DNA of 64,000 nucleotides from Christensenella sp. UBA6880 (GTDB lineage Bacteria > Bacillota > Clostridia > Christensenellales > CAG-917), in contig DKCG01000023.1 in assembly GCA_002449145.1 (NCBI GenBank), forward strand, positions 237 through 64,236, in the 5' to 3' direction. Below are positions 62,692 to 64,000 of this stretch, piece after piece. Position numbers and translations under genes: made by a program. The notes below the pieces were generated by a model that saw only the letters and a list, made by a program, of their open reading frames with translations, was not told where the DNA came from and did not search any database. The first letter of the stretch is position 1; every line of letters begins with the position of its first letter.

Positions 62692-62882
62692 GCGAAACCG
62701 AAATAAAACGATAAATTCGACTAAGGAAAAACTGAATAAAAGCAGTTAAAAACAGCCAAAATCGACGTAAAAACGACGTGAAATCTGCGCAAAAACGACG
62801 AATAATTGGCAAATAATCGGCAAAAAAAACCGCCTAAATTTAACAAAAATCGCAGTAAAAGCGGCAATAAAATCGTTTTTTG

Positions 62883-62908
62883 AAAAGGCAGACCGCCTTT
62901 TCTTTTTT
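62883..62908 (+). terminator. Intrinsic terminator
   Basis: AAAAGGC-AGACC-GCCTTTT followed by CTTTTTT. Confidence 0.65.
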
Positions 62909-63013
62909 AATGCGCTTTTAAGGATTTTGCGCATTTGCTTGCTCTTTTAGTATTTTTTTTGTATACTTTGATTAATTTATGTGCGCTTGCCACGTGCGAG
63001 CGCGTGAGGACTT

Positions 63014-63940
63014 ATGAGAATCAACAAATATCTTGCAGAATGCGGCGTATGTTCTCGTCGCAAGGCGGACGAACTCGTCAAAGAAGGACGCGTGAGCGTC
63101 AACAAAAAAGTCGTCAGAGAAGTCGGCACGGACGTCGACGAAACCAAAGACGTCGTCTTTGTGGACGGAAAAAAGGTCGTTAGAGTCACACACTACGACT
63201 ATCTTTTGTTTTACAAGCCGAAGAATTGCGTGACCACTCTCAACGAGGACAACGACAACAAGAGCGGCCGCAAAAAGACGGATAAAGAACTTGAAGAAAT
63301 CAAGAATCGCGCCGAAAAACTTGCCGCAAAGGGCATCGTAGAGGAATTGAAGGAACATTCCAAACCGCGCAAAATCGTCACCGATTTTATCGGTGACGAC
63401 TACAAAAACAAGCGTTTGTATCCCGTCGGCAGACTCGATTACGACAGCGAAGGCTTGCTTCTTTTGACCAACGACGGCGATTTGACGTACAAACTCACGC
63501 ACCCGTCGAGCGAGATTCCAAAAACCTACGTCGTAAAAATCGAAGGCACTATCGAGGAAAGCGACCTCGCCGCGCTCAGAAAGGGCGTCACTATTGACGG
63601 CGTAAAGTACGGCAGAAGCAAGGTTAAAATCACGGGTATCGAAAAGGTTAAGGATGCGAAAAAAGCGGTCATCGACCCCAAAGACATTCTCGCAAGAGAG
63701 GCGATAGAGTGCAACGAGGACACGAGCGGCGTGTTTACCCGTCTCGAAGTTATCATTTTCGAGGGCAAAAACAGAGAAATCCGCCGTATGTTCGAGGCGG
63801 TCGAAAAGAAAGTCGTATTTTTGAAGCGCGTTGCTATCGGCGAATTGCGCCTCGGCGGTCTTGCAAGAGGTGCGTATCGCCCCTTAAACGAGGCTGAGAT
63901 TGCATACTTGTATGCAATCGCAAATAAACAACAACAATAA
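63014..63940 (+). CDS. rluB: 23S rRNA pseudouridine synthase, RsuA/RluB family
   Basis: 308 aa; S4 domain (RINKYLAECGVCSRRKADELV), catalytic GRLDYDSEGLLLLTNDG, EGKNREIRRMF; contains Lys/Glu-rich insertions. Confidence 0.88.
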   Translation: MRINKYLAECGVCSRRKADELVKEGRVSVNKKVVREVGTDVDETKDVVFVDGKKVVRVTHYDYLLFYKPKNCVTTLNEDNDNKSGRKKTDKELEEIKNRAEKLAAKGIVEELKEHSKPRKIVTDFIGDDYKNKRLYPVGRLDYDSEGLLLLTNDGDLTYKLTHPSSEIPKTYVVKIEGTIEESDLAALRKGVTIDGVKYGRSKVKITGIEKVKDAKKAVIDPKDILAREAIECNEDTSGVFTRLEVIIFEGKNREIRRMFEAVEKKVVFLKRVAIGELRLGGLARGAYRPLNEAEIAYLYAIANKQQQ

Positions 63941-64000
63941 ATTGAACGAGACGGAACACGAGCCGCAACGGCGGCGAGAAAGCGAGCGTCGAGCTTGACG

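Noticed and set aside
1-64000. Prophage, IS/transposase, toxin-antitoxin, restriction-modification, CRISPR-Cas or other known defence or mobile gene systems
   Set aside because: Every ORF above about 100 aa could be assigned to housekeeping, envelope, stress or sporulation functions, or to a membrane or structural protein without enzymatic defence hallmarks. I found no integrase, recombinase, nuclease/helicase/ATPase pairs or phage structural genes. The only mobile-looking signal is the non-coding repeat family.

Overview
About 50% GC chromosomal segment with most genes on the + strand, from an endospore-forming Firmicute (Clostridia-like). No phage, IS, CRISPR or recognisable defence genes are visible. 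Gene order: hrcA-grpE-dnaK-dnaJ heat-shock operon behind a sigma-A promoter and a CIRCE-like operator; prmA-rsmE-mtaB-HIT; a 1524-aa membrane-anchored protein with two metallophosphoesterase domains (minus strand); an ArsR / HMA-domain / P1B-ATPase metal-efflux module; a zinc-ribbon membrane protein; a solitary tRNA-Glu(CUC); an enoate-reductase-like flavoenzyme; an M29 aminopeptidase; a PAP2 phosphatase; ACT + UPF0210; rqcH; tig-clpP-clpX-engB. Then a dcw cluster (mraZ-rsmH-[ftsL-slot protein]-PBP-murE-mraY-murD-ftsW-murA-ftsA-ftsZ) runs straight into spoIIGA-sigE-sigG. After that: ylmC, nrdR, sigK, an FAD protein, spoIVB, a receiver-less Spo0A C-domain protein, two DD-carboxypeptidases, scpA-scpB, ytfI-ytfJ and rluB. 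The most unusual signal is non-coding. At least 9 modular nested-hairpin repeats, all in the same orientation, sit on the 3' ends of + strand genes between 8.6 and 26.2 kb. They have conserved internal loops, stems that differ in sequence but stay complementary, interchangeable apical modules, and outer stems that in three cases are built from the upstream gene's last codons and stop codon. I could not match them to any named repeat or RNA family from memory. Other points worth a second look: a promoter-to-terminator orphan transcript candidate (22240-22473, minus); a 330-nt GC-rich tract open in all six frames between murD and the ftsW core; a strongly SD-led 25-aa hydrophobic micro-ORF; paired Spo0A-box repeats; the standalone Spo0A DNA-binding domain; a helically phased 10/20-bp repeat that starts at the sigE stop codon; and a hairpin that sequesters the sigG start codon. 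All calls come from reading the sequence and ORF track only; no searches were run.
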